A stretch of DNA of 64,000 nucleotides from assembly GCA_963785855.1 (NCBI GenBank), contig CAWAWT010000011.1, positions 7,946 through 71,945 of the forward strand, written 5' to 3'. Positions 40,639 to 52,545 of the stretch are shown piece after piece. Numbering within the stretch: position 1 is the first letter of the stretch; every line of letters begins with the position of its first letter. The DNA is from an uncultured Alphaproteobacteria bacterium. GTDB taxonomy: Bacteria > Pseudomonadota > Alphaproteobacteria > Sphingomonadales > Sphingomonadaceae. The position numbers and the translations under genes were made by a program. The notes below the pieces were generated by a model. It was not told the DNA's origin, did no database searches, and was given only the letters and a program-made list of their open reading frames with translations.

Positions 40639-41343
40639 CTATTCGCTCGGACGGTTGGTGAACGGATCGCGGATGCCAGGGAAGATCTCGTCGCGGAGCA
40701 CTTCATCACCGGTTTCCGCCAGCGCCGCTTCGGCTTCGCGCGCGTGTTGCTCGCGCTCGCGCCGAAGCTGCTCGATCAGCGCTTCCCGGTCGCTGTCGAA
40801 GCGAACGTCGGTAGGAGCTTCCTGACCAGCTGCCTTGGCCGCCTTGGCGACAGCCGCGTCAAGCTCGCGCTGCGTCGTGAGGCCGAGCGTCACCGGATCT
40901 TTTGGCGTGATGTTCGCCATGTTCCAGTGGGTACGGTCGCGGATTGCAGCAATCGTCGTTCGAGTCGTCCCGATCAGCTTGCCGATCTGGCCATCGCTGA
41001 CATTAGGATGGTTCTTGATGATCCAAGCGATTCCGTCCGGTTTGTCCTGGCGCTTGGAGACCGGGGTATAACGAGGTCCCTTCGTTCGGCGTACCGCTTC
41101 GGGCTCCTTCCACATCTGGAGCTTATGGTCGGGGTCCTTCTGACCCTTCTCAATCTCGTCGTGGGTGAGCTCGCCGGCGCGGATCGGGTCGCGGCCGGTT
41201 AGCTTGGTCGCCGCCGTATCGTCGGCAATCGCCTGAATTTCGAGGATGTGAAGGCCGCAAAACTCGGCGATTTGCTCGAAGGTCAACGATGTATTGTCGA
41301 CCAGCCAGGCGGCGGTCGCGTGGGGCATCAGAGGCTGGGCCAC
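40639..41343 (-). CDS. trcR: DUF1013 family protein (TrcR-like cell-cycle transcription factor)
   Basis: PLMPHATAAWLVDNTSLTFEQIAEFC, GPRYTPVSKRQDKPDGI, IRDRTHWN, DPVTLGL. Confidence 0.88.
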   Translation of the reverse strand: MAQPLMPHATAAWLVDNTSLTFEQIAEFCGLHILEIQAIADDTAATKLTGRDPIRAGELTHDEIEKGQKDPDHKLQMWKEPEAVRRTKGPRYTPVSKRQDKPDGIAWIIKNHPNVSDGQIGKLIGTTRTTIAAIRDRTHWNMANITPKDPVTLGLTTQRELDAAVAKAAKAAGQEAPTDVRFDSDREALIEQLRREREQHAREAEAALAETGDEVLRDEIFPGIRDPFTNRPSE

Positions 41344-41442
41344 TGGGATGTCTCCGTATCTATAAACAAATTGGGCCGCCCCTTCCGGAGCGGCCGACGT
41401 GGCGGGCGATGTAAACCTGCACCGTCTTTGGGGCAAGGCCGC

Positions 41443-42063
41443 TCAGGCGTCCATGGCCAGGTAGTGCGGATGGCCTTTGATGCGCTCAACCCACTCAAGA
41501 ACGTGGGGATAGGACTTCAGCTCGAAATCGGCATCGCCTGCCACGTGAGTGTAGGCGAAGAGGCAGATGTCAGCGAGGCTCATCCCCTCGCCCACAAACC
41601 ACTCCCAGCGTCCCAGATGCTCATCCATCAGCTTCAGCGCGGCGTTCCCGGCGGTTCGCTTCGGGGTCATCTGCAACCGTTGCAGATCGGTGAGTTTGTC
41701 CGCACCGAGATAACGCATCCAAAAGCGCAAGGTCGCGATATTGGGCTCGTGGTTATATTGCTCCCAGAACATCCAGCGCAGCATGTCGGCGTGATCGAAC
41801 CGTTCGGTCGGGATCAAGTTCGAGCCCTCCGCGACATAATAACAAGCAGCGTTGCTTTCAGGGATAAAGCGATCGCCAACCTGAAGCACGGGAATGCGCC
41901 CATTGGCATTCACGCATTGCAGGAACTCGCTTGTCCGGGTCGCCCCGTTCATGATGTCATATTCGCGGCGATCCAAATGAAGGCCGAGGATCGCTGCAGT
42001 GAGCCGTACCTTGTAGCAATTTCCCGAAAGCGAATATTCGTGGAGCAGCAACCGTTCGCCCAT
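41443..42063 (-). CDS. Glutathione S-transferase family protein
   Basis: SGNCYKVRL, NANGRIPVL, ESNA, WMFWEQYNHEP, LADICLFAYTH. Confidence 0.92.
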   Translation of the reverse strand: MGERLLLHEYSLSGNCYKVRLTAAILGLHLDRREYDIMNGATRTSEFLQCVNANGRIPVLQVGDRFIPESNAACYYVAEGSNLIPTERFDHADMLRWMFWEQYNHEPNIATLRFWMRYLGADKLTDLQRLQMTPKRTAGNAALKLMDEHLGRWEWFVGEGMSLADICLFAYTHVAGDADFELKSYPHVLEWVERIKGHPHYLAMDA

Positions 42064-42082
42064 GGCCGCCTCCGCAGTTTGG

Positions 42083-43060
42083 TCAGCCTACCTCTAGCAC
42101 AATTTTGCCGACGTGAGCGCCCGCTTCCATCCGTTCATGCGCCGCGCCAGCTTGTTCGAGCGGGAAAACCTCGTCGATCACAGGCATCAATCTGCCGCCC
42201 TCGACATAGGGCCACACGGTCTTTGCGATTTCGTCGGCGACCATTGTTTTAAACTCGATCGTGCGCGGCCGAAGAGTCGAGCCAGTCAGCGTCAGGCGCC
42301 GCCGCATGATGTCGAAGATCGGAATCTCGGCGGTCGCCCCATGCTGGACCGCGATCGAGACGTGGCGCCCCTCCTGTGCGAGGCAGGCGAGATTCCGGGG
42401 CAGGTAATCGCCACCGATCATGTCGATGATCACATTGACGCCTACCCGCGAGGTGACCCGGTGAACCTCTTCGACAAAATCCTGCTCGCGATAGTTGATC
42501 GCCGCTGCGGCTCCAAGTTCGAGCGCACGGGCGCATTTCAGATCGCTTCCGCAGGTGACGATCACATGGAGTCCGAAAAGGTTTCCGAGCGCAATCGCCA
42601 TGGTCCCGATCCCGCTGGTGCCACCATGGACGAGCACCCAGTCGCCATCGGCTGCAAAGCCGCGCTCGAAAAGGTTTACCCAGACCGTGAAGAGGGTCTC
42701 GGGCATTGCCGCGGCCTCGATCAATGTGAGGGCATCCGGGACGAACAGGCAGGTGCCGATCGGGGCAACGCAATATTGGGCATAGCCGCCGCCAGCGACG
42801 AGGGCGCAAACGTTTCGTCCAAGCAGCTCCGACGGGCCATCGACAACCTCGCCGGCGATCTCGAGGCCAAGGATGTCGGGCGCCCCCATCGGCGGCGGAT
42901 ACAGACCTTTGCTCTGGAGCACGTCGGGCCGGTTGACGCCTGCAGCGGCAACCTTGACCAGAACTTCGTCCTGACCCGGTTGCGGCACTCGCCGATCGAC
43001 CAGCGAAAGCGCCCCGTCAGCGGCAACGATCGCCCGCATCGAGAATGGAAGGTCGGTCAT
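42083..43060 (-). CDS. NAD(P)H:quinone oxidoreductase (PIG3/zeta-crystallin type)
   Basis: AAGVNRPD, LGLEIAG, VHGGTSGIG, TGSTLRPR, HVGKIVL. Confidence 0.93.
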   Translation of the reverse strand: MTDLPFSMRAIVAADGALSLVDRRVPQPGQDEVLVKVAAAGVNRPDVLQSKGLYPPPMGAPDILGLEIAGEVVDGPSELLGRNVCALVAGGGYAQYCVAPIGTCLFVPDALTLIEAAAMPETLFTVWVNLFERGFAADGDWVLVHGGTSGIGTMAIALGNLFGLHVIVTCGSDLKCARALELGAAAAINYREQDFVEEVHRVTSRVGVNVIIDMIGGDYLPRNLACLAQEGRHVSIAVQHGATAEIPIFDIMRRRLTLTGSTLRPRTIEFKTMVADEIAKTVWPYVEGGRLMPVIDEVFPLEQAGAAHERMEAGAHVGKIVLEVG

Positions 43061-43108
43061 CCGATGCGGCTTATTGACAGCGCATTAGTACCGGTCAACG
43101 ATTTCGGC

Positions 43109-43309
43109 GTGGATTTGGACGACCTTTTCCCGAGCAAGCCCGACGATCCGCTCGTTGCGCTCGCCAAGCAGGACCTCGATCCGATGTCGATCGAGGAGCT
43201 TAATGCGCGGATTGAGGCGCTCAAAGTTGAAATTGCCCGGGTCGAAAGCCACATGAAGCGGGTGCAAGACCACCGCTCCGCGGCGGAAGAACTGTTCAAG
43301 AAGTCATGA
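43109..43309 (+). CDS. DUF1192 family protein
   Basis: DLDPMSIEELNARIEALKVEIAR...AAEELFK. Confidence 0.85.
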   Translation: MDLDDLFPSKPDDPLVALAKQDLDPMSIEELNARIEALKVEIARVESHMKRVQDHRSAAEELFKKS

Positions 43310-43479
43310 GCGCCCGGTCATGCCACCGATGCATGACGGCCTCATTCAGACTGCCAACAGCTCGCAAGGCGATAATCTGGGGAAAAGCCGGGACATGGCT
43401 CTTGATTGCCGCGTTCGTGCATATGACATTCCATCCAAGGCCCGCGGGCTCGCCCGTGGCAGCGGGAGTATTTGACTAA

Positions 43480-45816
43480 ATGCCTAGTTTCGCTCGCGAG
43501 CTCGAACAGACGCTGCACAATGCCTTGGGAGAGGCCAGCAAGCGCCGTCACGAATATGCGACGCTCGAGCATCTTTTGATCGCACTGATCGACGATGAGC
43601 ATGCATCGAAGGTGATGACGGCTTGCGGAGTCAGCCGCGACGAGCTTCGCGCCTCCGTGAAGCAATATCTCGACAATGAGCTTGGAGCGCTGGTTGCCGA
43701 CAGCGCAACCGACCCAACGCCGACCAGCGGATTCCAGCGTGTCGTCCAACGCGCGATCCTCCATGTCCAGTCCTCGGGCCGCGACGAGGTCACCGGCGCC
43801 AACGTGCTCGTCGCCCTCTTCTCGGAGCGCGAGAGCTATGCCGTCTATTTCCTGCAGCAGCAGGATATGAGCCGCCTCGATGCCGTGACCTACATCAGCC
43901 ACGGCGTCGGCAAGGGCGATAGCTCGCCCGAAGCGCGTCCGCCCGAAGGCGCCGAGGAGAAAGGCGAGAAGGAAGGCTCGAAGAAGGAGTCCGCCCTCAA
44001 GCAATTCACCGTCGACCTCAACGAGAAAGCGCGCGCCGGCAAGGTCGATCCGCTGATCGGCCGGATGCCGGAGGTCGACCGCACCGTTCAGATCCTTTGC
44101 CGTCGCTCGAAGAACAATCCGCTCTATGTGGGCGATCCCGGCGTCGGCAAGACCGCCATTGCCGAAGGGCTCGCGCGCAAGATCGTCGAGGGTGACGTCC
44201 CCGAGGTCCTGAGGCCCGCGACCATCTACGCGCTGGATATGGGCGCTCTTCTTGCTGGTACACGCTACCGCGGCGATTTCGAGGAGCGGCTGAAATCCGT
44301 GGTCTCCGAGCTCGAGAAGATGCCGAACGCGATCCTCTTCATCGACGAGATCCACACCGTGATCGGGGCCGGCGCCACCTCGGGCGGCGCGATGGACGCT
44401 TCGAACCTATTGAAGCCGGCGCTCTCCAACGGCGCGATCCGCTGCATCGGCTCGACGACCTACAAGGAGTTCCGCAACCATTTCGAGAAGGACCGAGCAC
44501 TCCTCCGCCGGTTCCAGAAGATCGACGTCAACGAGCCGACGATCGAGGACACGATCAAGATCATCGCCGGCCTGCGTTCCTCGTTCGAAGGGCACCATAA
44601 CGTCCGCTACACGTCCGACGCGATCAAGTCCGCGGTCGAGCTTTCGGCGCGTTACATCCACGACCGCAAGCTCCCCGATAAGGCGATCGACGTCATCGAC
44701 GAGGTTGGCGCCATGCAGATGCTGGTGCCGCCGAGCCGCCGCAAGAAAGTGATCACGCCCAAGGAAATCGAGGCCGTGGTCGCAACCATGGCGCGGATCC
44801 CGCCCAAGTCGGTCAGCGCCGACGACAAGCAAACGCTCGAGCATCTCGAAGCCGACCTCAAGCGAGTTGTCTTCGGCCAGGACCTCGCGATCGAGAAACT
44901 CGCCTCGGCGATCAAGCTCAGCCGCGCAGGTCTGCGCGATCCCGACAAGCCAATCGGAAATTATCTATTTTCGGGCCCCACTGGCGTCGGCAAGACCGAG
45001 GTCGCTCGCCAGCTCGCCTTCATCATGGGCATTCCGCTCCAGCGCTTCGACATGTCCGAATATATGGAGCGGCACGCGGTCAGCCGTCTCATTGGCGCGC
45101 CGCCAGGCTATGTCGGATACGACCAGGGCGGCCTCTTGACCGACGCCGTCGACCAGCATCCGCACAGCGTGCTCCTGCTCGATGAGATCGAGAAAGCGCA
45201 CCCGGACTTGTTCAACATCCTGCTTCAGGTCATGGACCACGGGAAGCTGACCGACCATCACGGCAAGACGGTCGATTTTCGCAATTGCATCATGATCATG
45301 ACGACGAATGCCGGTGCCGCCGACATGGCGCGCGAGAGCATCGGCTTCGGCGCCGCCACGCGCGAGGATGCGCAGGAGGACGCGGTCAAGAAAATGTTCA
45401 CTCCGGAATTCCGCAACCGGTTGGATGCGATCGTGCCCTTCAGCTATCTGCCGCCAGCGGTGGTCGCGAGGGTCGTCGACAAGTTCATTCTGCAGCTCGA
45501 ACTCCAGCTCGCCGACCGCAACGTCCACATCGAGCTCGACGAGGAGGCGCGCGAGTGGCTCACGACCCGCGGCTACGACAAGCTTTACGGTGCGCGGCCA
45601 ATGGGCCGGCTCGTCCAGGAGAAAATCAAGCAGCCGCTCGCCGAGGAGTTGCTGTTCGGCAAGCTCGTCAATGGAGGTGAGGTCAAAGTCCGGATCAAGG
45701 ACAATGCGCCAAGCTTCGAGATCGTCCCAGCCCCGCCCAAAGCCGCGAGAACCAAGCCGAAGAGCAAGACTGCGGCAAGGAAGAAGACTGGCGGCGAAGC
45801 GCCCGCCGCAGAGTAG
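43480..45816 (+). CDS. clpA: ATP-dependent Clp protease ATP-binding subunit ClpA
   Basis: RRHEYATLEHLL, GDPGVGKT, GPTGVGKT, RFDMSEY, IGF loop. Confidence 0.97.
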   Translation: MPSFARELEQTLHNALGEASKRRHEYATLEHLLIALIDDEHASKVMTACGVSRDELRASVKQYLDNELGALVADSATDPTPTSGFQRVVQRAILHVQSSGRDEVTGANVLVALFSERESYAVYFLQQQDMSRLDAVTYISHGVGKGDSSPEARPPEGAEEKGEKEGSKKESALKQFTVDLNEKARAGKVDPLIGRMPEVDRTVQILCRRSKNNPLYVGDPGVGKTAIAEGLARKIVEGDVPEVLRPATIYALDMGALLAGTRYRGDFEERLKSVVSELEKMPNAILFIDEIHTVIGAGATSGGAMDASNLLKPALSNGAIRCIGSTTYKEFRNHFEKDRALLRRFQKIDVNEPTIEDTIKIIAGLRSSFEGHHNVRYTSDAIKSAVELSARYIHDRKLPDKAIDVIDEVGAMQMLVPPSRRKKVITPKEIEAVVATMARIPPKSVSADDKQTLEHLEADLKRVVFGQDLAIEKLASAIKLSRAGLRDPDKPIGNYLFSGPTGVGKTEVARQLAFIMGIPLQRFDMSEYMERHAVSRLIGAPPGYVGYDQGGLLTDAVDQHPHSVLLLDEIEKAHPDLFNILLQVMDHGKLTDHHGKTVDFRNCIMIMTTNAGAADMARESIGFGAATREDAQEDAVKKMFTPEFRNRLDAIVPFSYLPPAVVARVVDKFILQLELQLADRNVHIELDEEAREWLTTRGYDKLYGARPMGRLVQEKIKQPLAEELLFGKLVNGGEVKVRIKDNAPSFEIVPAPPKAARTKPKSKTAARKKTGGEAPAAE

Positions 45817-45873
45817 CTTTCAGAATTTTCCGCAAGCGGCCGGAACTTAGAATCCCTGCTGCTTTCATGTGGT

Positions 45874-46221
45874 TCAGGATTGAGGCGTCTGCGGGATATC
45901 CCTGAGCCTGAAGCCGGTGATTCGCGTTGTGTAGTCGCATTGGAATGAGCGCTTTCGCTTCCCGTCGTCGACCGTTCCCCAGATAATGATCTTGCCGATC
46001 GAGTGCTGTTCGGCATCGATGATGTGGACTGCGCCATATTGCTCTGCTTGTTTGGTGCACGCATCCTGAGCCTGCGGCTGAAGCGCTTCGTTGCTGCTGG
46101 GCTTTCCCCGTGCGGCCTCGGCTGCCATCGAAACCGCGCTCAACGCCATCGAGGCGACACAGCCGCTCAGCGCCAGCGCGACGACCAAACCAAGTGCGGG
46201 CAAGACAAAAAAGCGCTTCAT
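45874..46221 (-). CDS. Putative lipoprotein
   Basis: Lipobox LSG-C after a hydrophobic leader. Confidence 0.7.
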   Translation of the reverse strand: MKRFFVLPALGLVVALALSGCVASMALSAVSMAAEAARGKPSSNEALQPQAQDACTKQAEQYGAVHIIDAEQHSIGKIIIWGTVDDGKRKRSFQCDYTTRITGFRLRDIPQTPQS

Positions 46222-46275
46222 GCCCGCTGACTTCTACGCTCGAGCTCGAAAAGCGTGCAAGCCGAGCGCTGGTCT

Positions 46276-46746
46276 CTATTGATTGTCGTGCGCCTCGATC
46301 GTGCCCTGGGTTGCGCCTCCGGCGGCGTTCAGATGAATAACAAAAGGACTTCCGTCTTTTGACTTGCCGCTGATCCCATCACCGCTCGCTGCGGCGGCGA
46401 CGCCCTTCTGTTTGAACTGATCAAGGAAATAAGCACGAGTCTGGTCGAACGTGCCCGGAGCCTTGAAGCTGATGTCGACAGTTGAACCCCGATCACCCGC
46501 GTTAAGCTTGAACCCAGTGATGTTGCTTCCGGGCATAAGTTTTACCCCGTCGATATCGAAATCGCCGCCATGCATCATCGAGCCCGGGACCTTCACCTGC
46601 CCCTGGATGAAGGGCACGTTGAAGGCGATGTTGCCGGTCTCATCGGCATTGATGGTGACATTGCCATCGCCGTTCTTGCCCCCGTCGGAGTGGATGTTGC
46701 ACGCGCCGAGCAAGGGCAGAAGCAAAAGAAGGGCTGAAGATTTCAT
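46276..46746 (-). CDS. Putative lipoprotein
   Basis: MKSSALLLLLPLLGA-C lipobox; GGAGG RBS. Confidence 0.75.
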   Translation of the reverse strand: MKSSALLLLLPLLGACNIHSDGGKNGDGNVTINADETGNIAFNVPFIQGQVKVPGSMMHGGDFDIDGVKLMPGSNITGFKLNAGDRGSTVDISFKAPGTFDQTRAYFLDQFKQKGVAAAASGDGISGKSKDGSPFVIHLNAAGGATQGTIEAHDNQ

Positions 46747-46758
46747 CGGATGACCTCC

Positions 46759-46787
46759 TGTATTATTTATATAACACAGTAGTGTTA
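46759..46787. promoter_or_regulatory. Palindromic operator, GntR/YtrA-like
   Basis: TGTATTA-TTTATA-TAACACA overlapping TAACAC-AGTA-GTGTTA; minus-strand TTGACG at 46793-98. Confidence 0.5.
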
Positions 46788-46801
46788 GACTTCGTCAAGG
46801 C

Positions 46802-47336
46802 TCAGGAAAGAGCCCGCGCCACCTCCTCGCGCGATTGGCGGTGAAGTGCCCAGAAATTTCTGACGCCGCGACCGGCTAGCCGCTCCTGAAGCACCGTCAT
46901 GTGCGAATTCCAGCCTCCGCCGAAATCCTGCGCGCCGGTGGCGCTGGTGATGCCGCTATGGGTCACGACCAGTTTGGTGCGATCTCCCTCCGGGAACAGC
47001 TCGAAAGTGACGATTCCGTTCGTCCCGCCCTGGAACGTGGTTTCGAGGAGCCGGGGCGGCTCAAACCGGATCACTTTCTCGTTCCAGGTGCGCCCTTTGT
47101 AGGGCGCGTAGTCTTCGGGATAAGGAACCTCGTCGTCGGACAGATTGTCGTGATCGTTCAAAAGCTCGAACTCACTATCCGGCACGCGCGTCACTTCCGC
47201 CCATGAACCATTGCCGACGAAGATCCGCCTCGGTGAGATAGCGCCAAACAATATCCCGCGATGCGTCGAGCATGCGTTCGAGCCGGATCGAATCGGGCGC
47301 AATCCTTTGGATCGGGGCAAATGCGACTTCAGCCAT
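46802..47336 (-). CDS. SRPBCC (AHSA1/START-like) domain protein; frameshift near 47215
   Basis: [42 protein letters not shown]. Confidence 0.85.
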
Positions 47337-47775
47337 TATTCGTCTCCATCTGGCGAGAAAGCGTGTCGAGGATCATCGTCCAGCCGCTACGGACCGGCTC
47401 GGCATAATCTGCCCATCTTGCCGGGATTTCGTGGGTGAGCGTGAGGCTGCAACCGGCCGGGATATCGACGAGGTCGACGGTCACTTTGGACCATTCTCCT
47501 TCTTCGGTACCGGGACCGCGAAATAGAAATATGAGCAGCCGCGGACGGTCGATCTTTAGAAACTGTCCATGATGGTCGGCATCCCCTTCCGAGCGGCGAT
47601 CGGTTATGAGGAAGCGCCCTCCGACCGTGGCGTCGATATCACAGCGGACGATCACGCCGGCCGGAGTCGCGAACAAGAAATTCCTGGCTTGGTCGGGATC
47701 GAGCCAGGCATCGAAGACCCGTTCGGGGGGCGCTGCAAACTCGCGCTGCACGGTGACGATCGCCGGCGCGCTCAT
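47329..47775 (-). CDS. SRPBCC (AHSA1) domain protein
   Basis: [44 protein letters not shown]. Confidence 0.9.
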   Translation of the reverse strand: MSAPAIVTVQREFAAPPERVFDAWLDPDQARNFLFATPAGVIVRCDIDATVGGRFLITDRRSEGDADHHGQFLKIDRPRLLIFLFRGPGTEEGEWSKVTVDLVDIPAGCSLTLTHEIPARWADYAEPVRSGWTMILDTLSRQMETNNG

Positions 47776-48101
47776 CGAGATTGCCCCTTGTCGCTTTCAA
47801 CCAGCGCCTGGAGGCGATCAAGCCGAGTGGACCAGAACCTCTCCCACTGACGCAGCCAATCTTCCGCGTCCTTCAGCGGCCCGGGCCTGAGCGCGCAGAT
47901 CTGCTTGCGTCCTGCCTTGCGCCGCTCGATCAGCCCCGCGCTTTCGAGCACCTTCACATGCTTGCTCGCGCCGGCGAATGACATTGCGAAGGGCTCGCCG
48001 AGCTCTCCTACGGATTTCTCGCCAAGGGCGAGGCTCGCGAGCATCCCGCGCCGCGTCGGGTCAGAAAGCGCATGAAATGTCGTATCGAGTTCGATTCTCA
48101 A
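47772..48101 (-). CDS. ArsR/SmtB family transcriptional regulator
   Basis: [34 protein letters not shown]. Confidence 0.92.
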   Translation of the reverse strand: MRIELDTTFHALSDPTRRGMLASLALGEKSVGELGEPFAMSFAGASKHVKVLESAGLIERRKAGRKQICALRPGPLKDAEDWLRQWERFWSTRLDRLQALVESDKGQSR

Positions 48102-48153
48102 CCATAAGGTTTAAGATAATGCGGCTCAAAATATTGTCAACCAATTGGTTTAA
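48098..48153. promoter_or_regulatory. Paired ArsR-type autoregulatory operators
   Basis: TCAACCATAAGGTTTAA (48098-48114) and TCAACCAATTGGTTTAA (48137-48153), both imperfect palindromes. Confidence 0.75.
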
Positions 48154-48222
48154 TTATGAACGGGCTTTCGCGATGGCTTGCCGCTCTCTAGGCAACCGGC
48201 GAGGTCGGATTGGGAGAGTAGC

Positions 48223-49944
<1,722 letters not shown>

Positions 49945-49948
<4 letters not shown>

Positions 49949-51709
49949 GTGAAGACGTGCAAGAGACGCCGCATCCTCGCGGGATTGACTGGGTGCCCTG
50001 GGCGATCTTCGCGATCCTTGCGCTCGCGCTCATCGCGATTGTTTGGCTCACTCATCGAACCCAGCCCGAGCTCGCACTGCGGACCGCAAAGACGGGCTGG
50101 CCGCTGACGCCCGAGCAAAAGTCGGTCAACTTTGAGACCGCCGACCTGACTTTCGAGATTCATCCGGAGCATCGGCGCATCGACGGCCAGGCGACGCTCG
50201 GCTTCCTCGTGAAATCTGCCGATCCCCAAGCTCCAGTTCGATCTTGATCCCGAGCTTCCGATCAAATGGATCTCAGCTGATGGACAACGGGTGGCTGATT
50301 CCGCGTGGAAAAACGCGGGCGGCCTCGTGACCGTCAAACTTCCCGCGCCAAAGCAAGCAGGCGACCGGCTTTCGCTCACCATTGCCTATGGCGGCAAGCC
50401 GCACGTCGCCAAAAGGGCGCCGTGGGACGGCGGCTTCGTCTGGGCCCACACCAAGGATGGTCGCCCTTGGGTCGCGACCGCGGTCGAAGGCGAAGGCTGC
50501 GACCTCTTCTGGCCGTGCTTCGACAACAGCATGGTCGAGGTCGCCTCCGTCACCCAGCACGTCATCGTACCCAAGGGGCTTGCGGCTCCGTCCAACGGCC
50601 GCCTGCTCGGAGTGGATCACCTCGCAGACGGCCGGACGCGTTGGAACTGGCGAGCGCGCAGTCCGAACAATTACGCAATAGCGATCGACGTTGCGCCGTA
50701 CCAACTTGCGAAAACCATCTATCAGAGCCGCTACCATTATCGAATGCCAGTCCAATATTGGTACCTGCCCGGCGAGAACAAACAGGCCCAGAAGCTCCTT
50801 GCAGAAATGGTCCGGACGATCGGCTTTTTTGAAGCGACGGTCGGTCCCTATCCCTGGTCGGACGAAAAGATGGGAGTCGTCGAAACTCCGCACCTCGGAA
50901 TGGAGCACCAGACGATCAACGCTTATGGTAACAACTACAAGTCAGCGCCCGAAGGCTTTGACTGGCTGATGAATCATGAGTTCAGTCACGAATGGTTCGG
51001 CAACCAGCTGACCAACGCCGATTGGGATGACATGTGGCTTCACGAGGGCTTTGGCAGCTACATGCAGCCGGTGACCTTGGCATGGCTCAATGGCCGGATG
51101 GGTTACGACGCAGCGATGTTCAAACAGCGTCAGACCATCGCCAACAAATATCCAATCGTCTCGGGCCATCACCAGACAGAGGAACAGGTCTACGACAACA
51201 AGACCGGGCCCGGGAACGACATCTACGTCAAGGGAAGTTGGGTGTTGCACACCCTCCGCGGCCTCGTCGGCGACGAAGCCTTCTGGCGCTCGGTACGCCG
51301 TGAGGTTTACGGTCGGCCGGATCCGCAGCCTGGCAATTTCAAGCCGCGCTTCGGCTCGACCAACGAATTTGAGGCGATCGCCAGCGAGGAATCGCACCGC
51401 AATCTCAAATGGTTCTTCGACGTTTATCTAAGGCAGGCGCACCTACCGCGTTTGGTGACGTCACAGCACGGTAAGACACTGAGCTTGCAGTGGACGACGC
51501 CGCGAGGCCTTCCCTTCCCGATGCCGGTCGACGTTGAAGTCGATGGACAGCGCCAGACGGTGCCGATGAGCAATGGCCGCGGCTCGATCACGCTTCCAAG
51601 CCCCGACAGTTTAGTGACGGTCGACCCGGATTCGAAAATCCTCCGCCAGAACGACGCGATCGACCGCTATCGTGACGATCAGGCCAAGAACCGGCCGAAG
51701 ACCAGCTAG
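49945..51709 (+). CDS. M1 family metallo-aminopeptidase; frameshift near 50220
   Basis: GMEHQT, HEFSHEWFGN...WLHEGF (HExxH-x18-E), YVKG. Confidence 0.92.
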
Positions 51710-51803
51710 ATTTGGCGTCTCACGAAGGGCCAGGTGCCGGGGCCTCCTCGCTAATCTCTGAGACCCTTCAGGAGACGCTTGAGAAGGCGCTTCCAGAAGA
51801 GTA

Positions 51804-51818
51804 GTTCGCCTTTCGTTC
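51804..51818 (+). promoter_or_regulatory. Putative alphaproteobacterial LexA box upstream of a GST gene
   Basis: GTTC-GCCTTTC-GTTC, exact GTTC-N7-GTTC, 20 nt before ATG 51839. Confidence 0.55.
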
Positions 51819-51838
51819 CAAAAGAGCAGGAGAGCGAA

Positions 51839-52486
51839 ATGGCTGACCTTAAATTTCTACACGAATCCGCAATCGCGCGGACGAATCGTCCGCTGGATGC
51901 TCGAGGAGGTCGGCGCTTCATACGAGACGGAGGTCATCCCCTACGACCAGATGAAGAGCGAGCGCTATCTCGCCGTCAACCCAATGGGCAAAGTCCCGGC
52001 GATCAAGCACGGCGATCATGTCGTCACCGAAGGCGCGGCGATCTGCGCCTATCTCGCCGACGCCTTTCCCGAGGCGGGGCTCGGCCCGCGCGACGATGAG
52101 AAAGCGGATTACTATCGCTGGTTTTTCTACGCGGCCGGGCCGATCGAAGCGGCGGTCTCCAATCAGGCGATGGGCTGGGTCCCGACGCCAGAGCGCGAGC
52201 GCATGTTCGGTTACGGCAATTTCGACAAGGTCGTCGCAGTCGTCGATGAGCTTTTTCCTCGCGCGATTATGTTTGCGGCGACCGCTTCACCGCCGCTGAC
52301 GTCTATGTCGGCTCGCAGATCATGTTCCCGATGATGTTCAAGATGTTTCCGGAGAAGGACAGCTTCCTAAGATATCGCGAACGCCTGCAGGCGAGGGACG
52401 CCTACAAGCGCGCCGCGGAAATCGACGAGAAGATCATCGACGAGATGGGCCTGAGGCCGCCCCAGCCGCAGCCGCAGCCTGCCTAG
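51839..52486 (+). CDS. Glutathione S-transferase family protein; frameshifts near 51855 and 52255
   Basis: YTNPQSRGRIVRWMLEEVG, NPMGKVPAI, TEGAAICAYLAD, GDRFTAADVYVG. Confidence 0.9.
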
Positions 52487-52490
52487 GCAT

Positions 52491-52531
52491 AGAAAAAGGG
52501 CCGGAGAATCGCTTCTCCGGCCCTATTTTCT
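52491..52531. terminator. Bidirectional intrinsic terminator
   Basis: AGAAAAAGGGCCGGAGAA-TCGC-TTCTCCGGCCCTATTTTCT between convergent genes. Confidence 0.9.
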
Positions 52532-52545
52532 TGATCTGCTCGAGC

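Noticed and set aside
42113-43108. 398-aa plus-strand ORF
   Set aside because: Antisense to the quinone oxidoreductase; only the last 66 codons (DUF1192) look real
43310-43480. Absence of clpS upstream of clpA
   Set aside because: clpS can be unlinked from clpA; nothing can be concluded from one window
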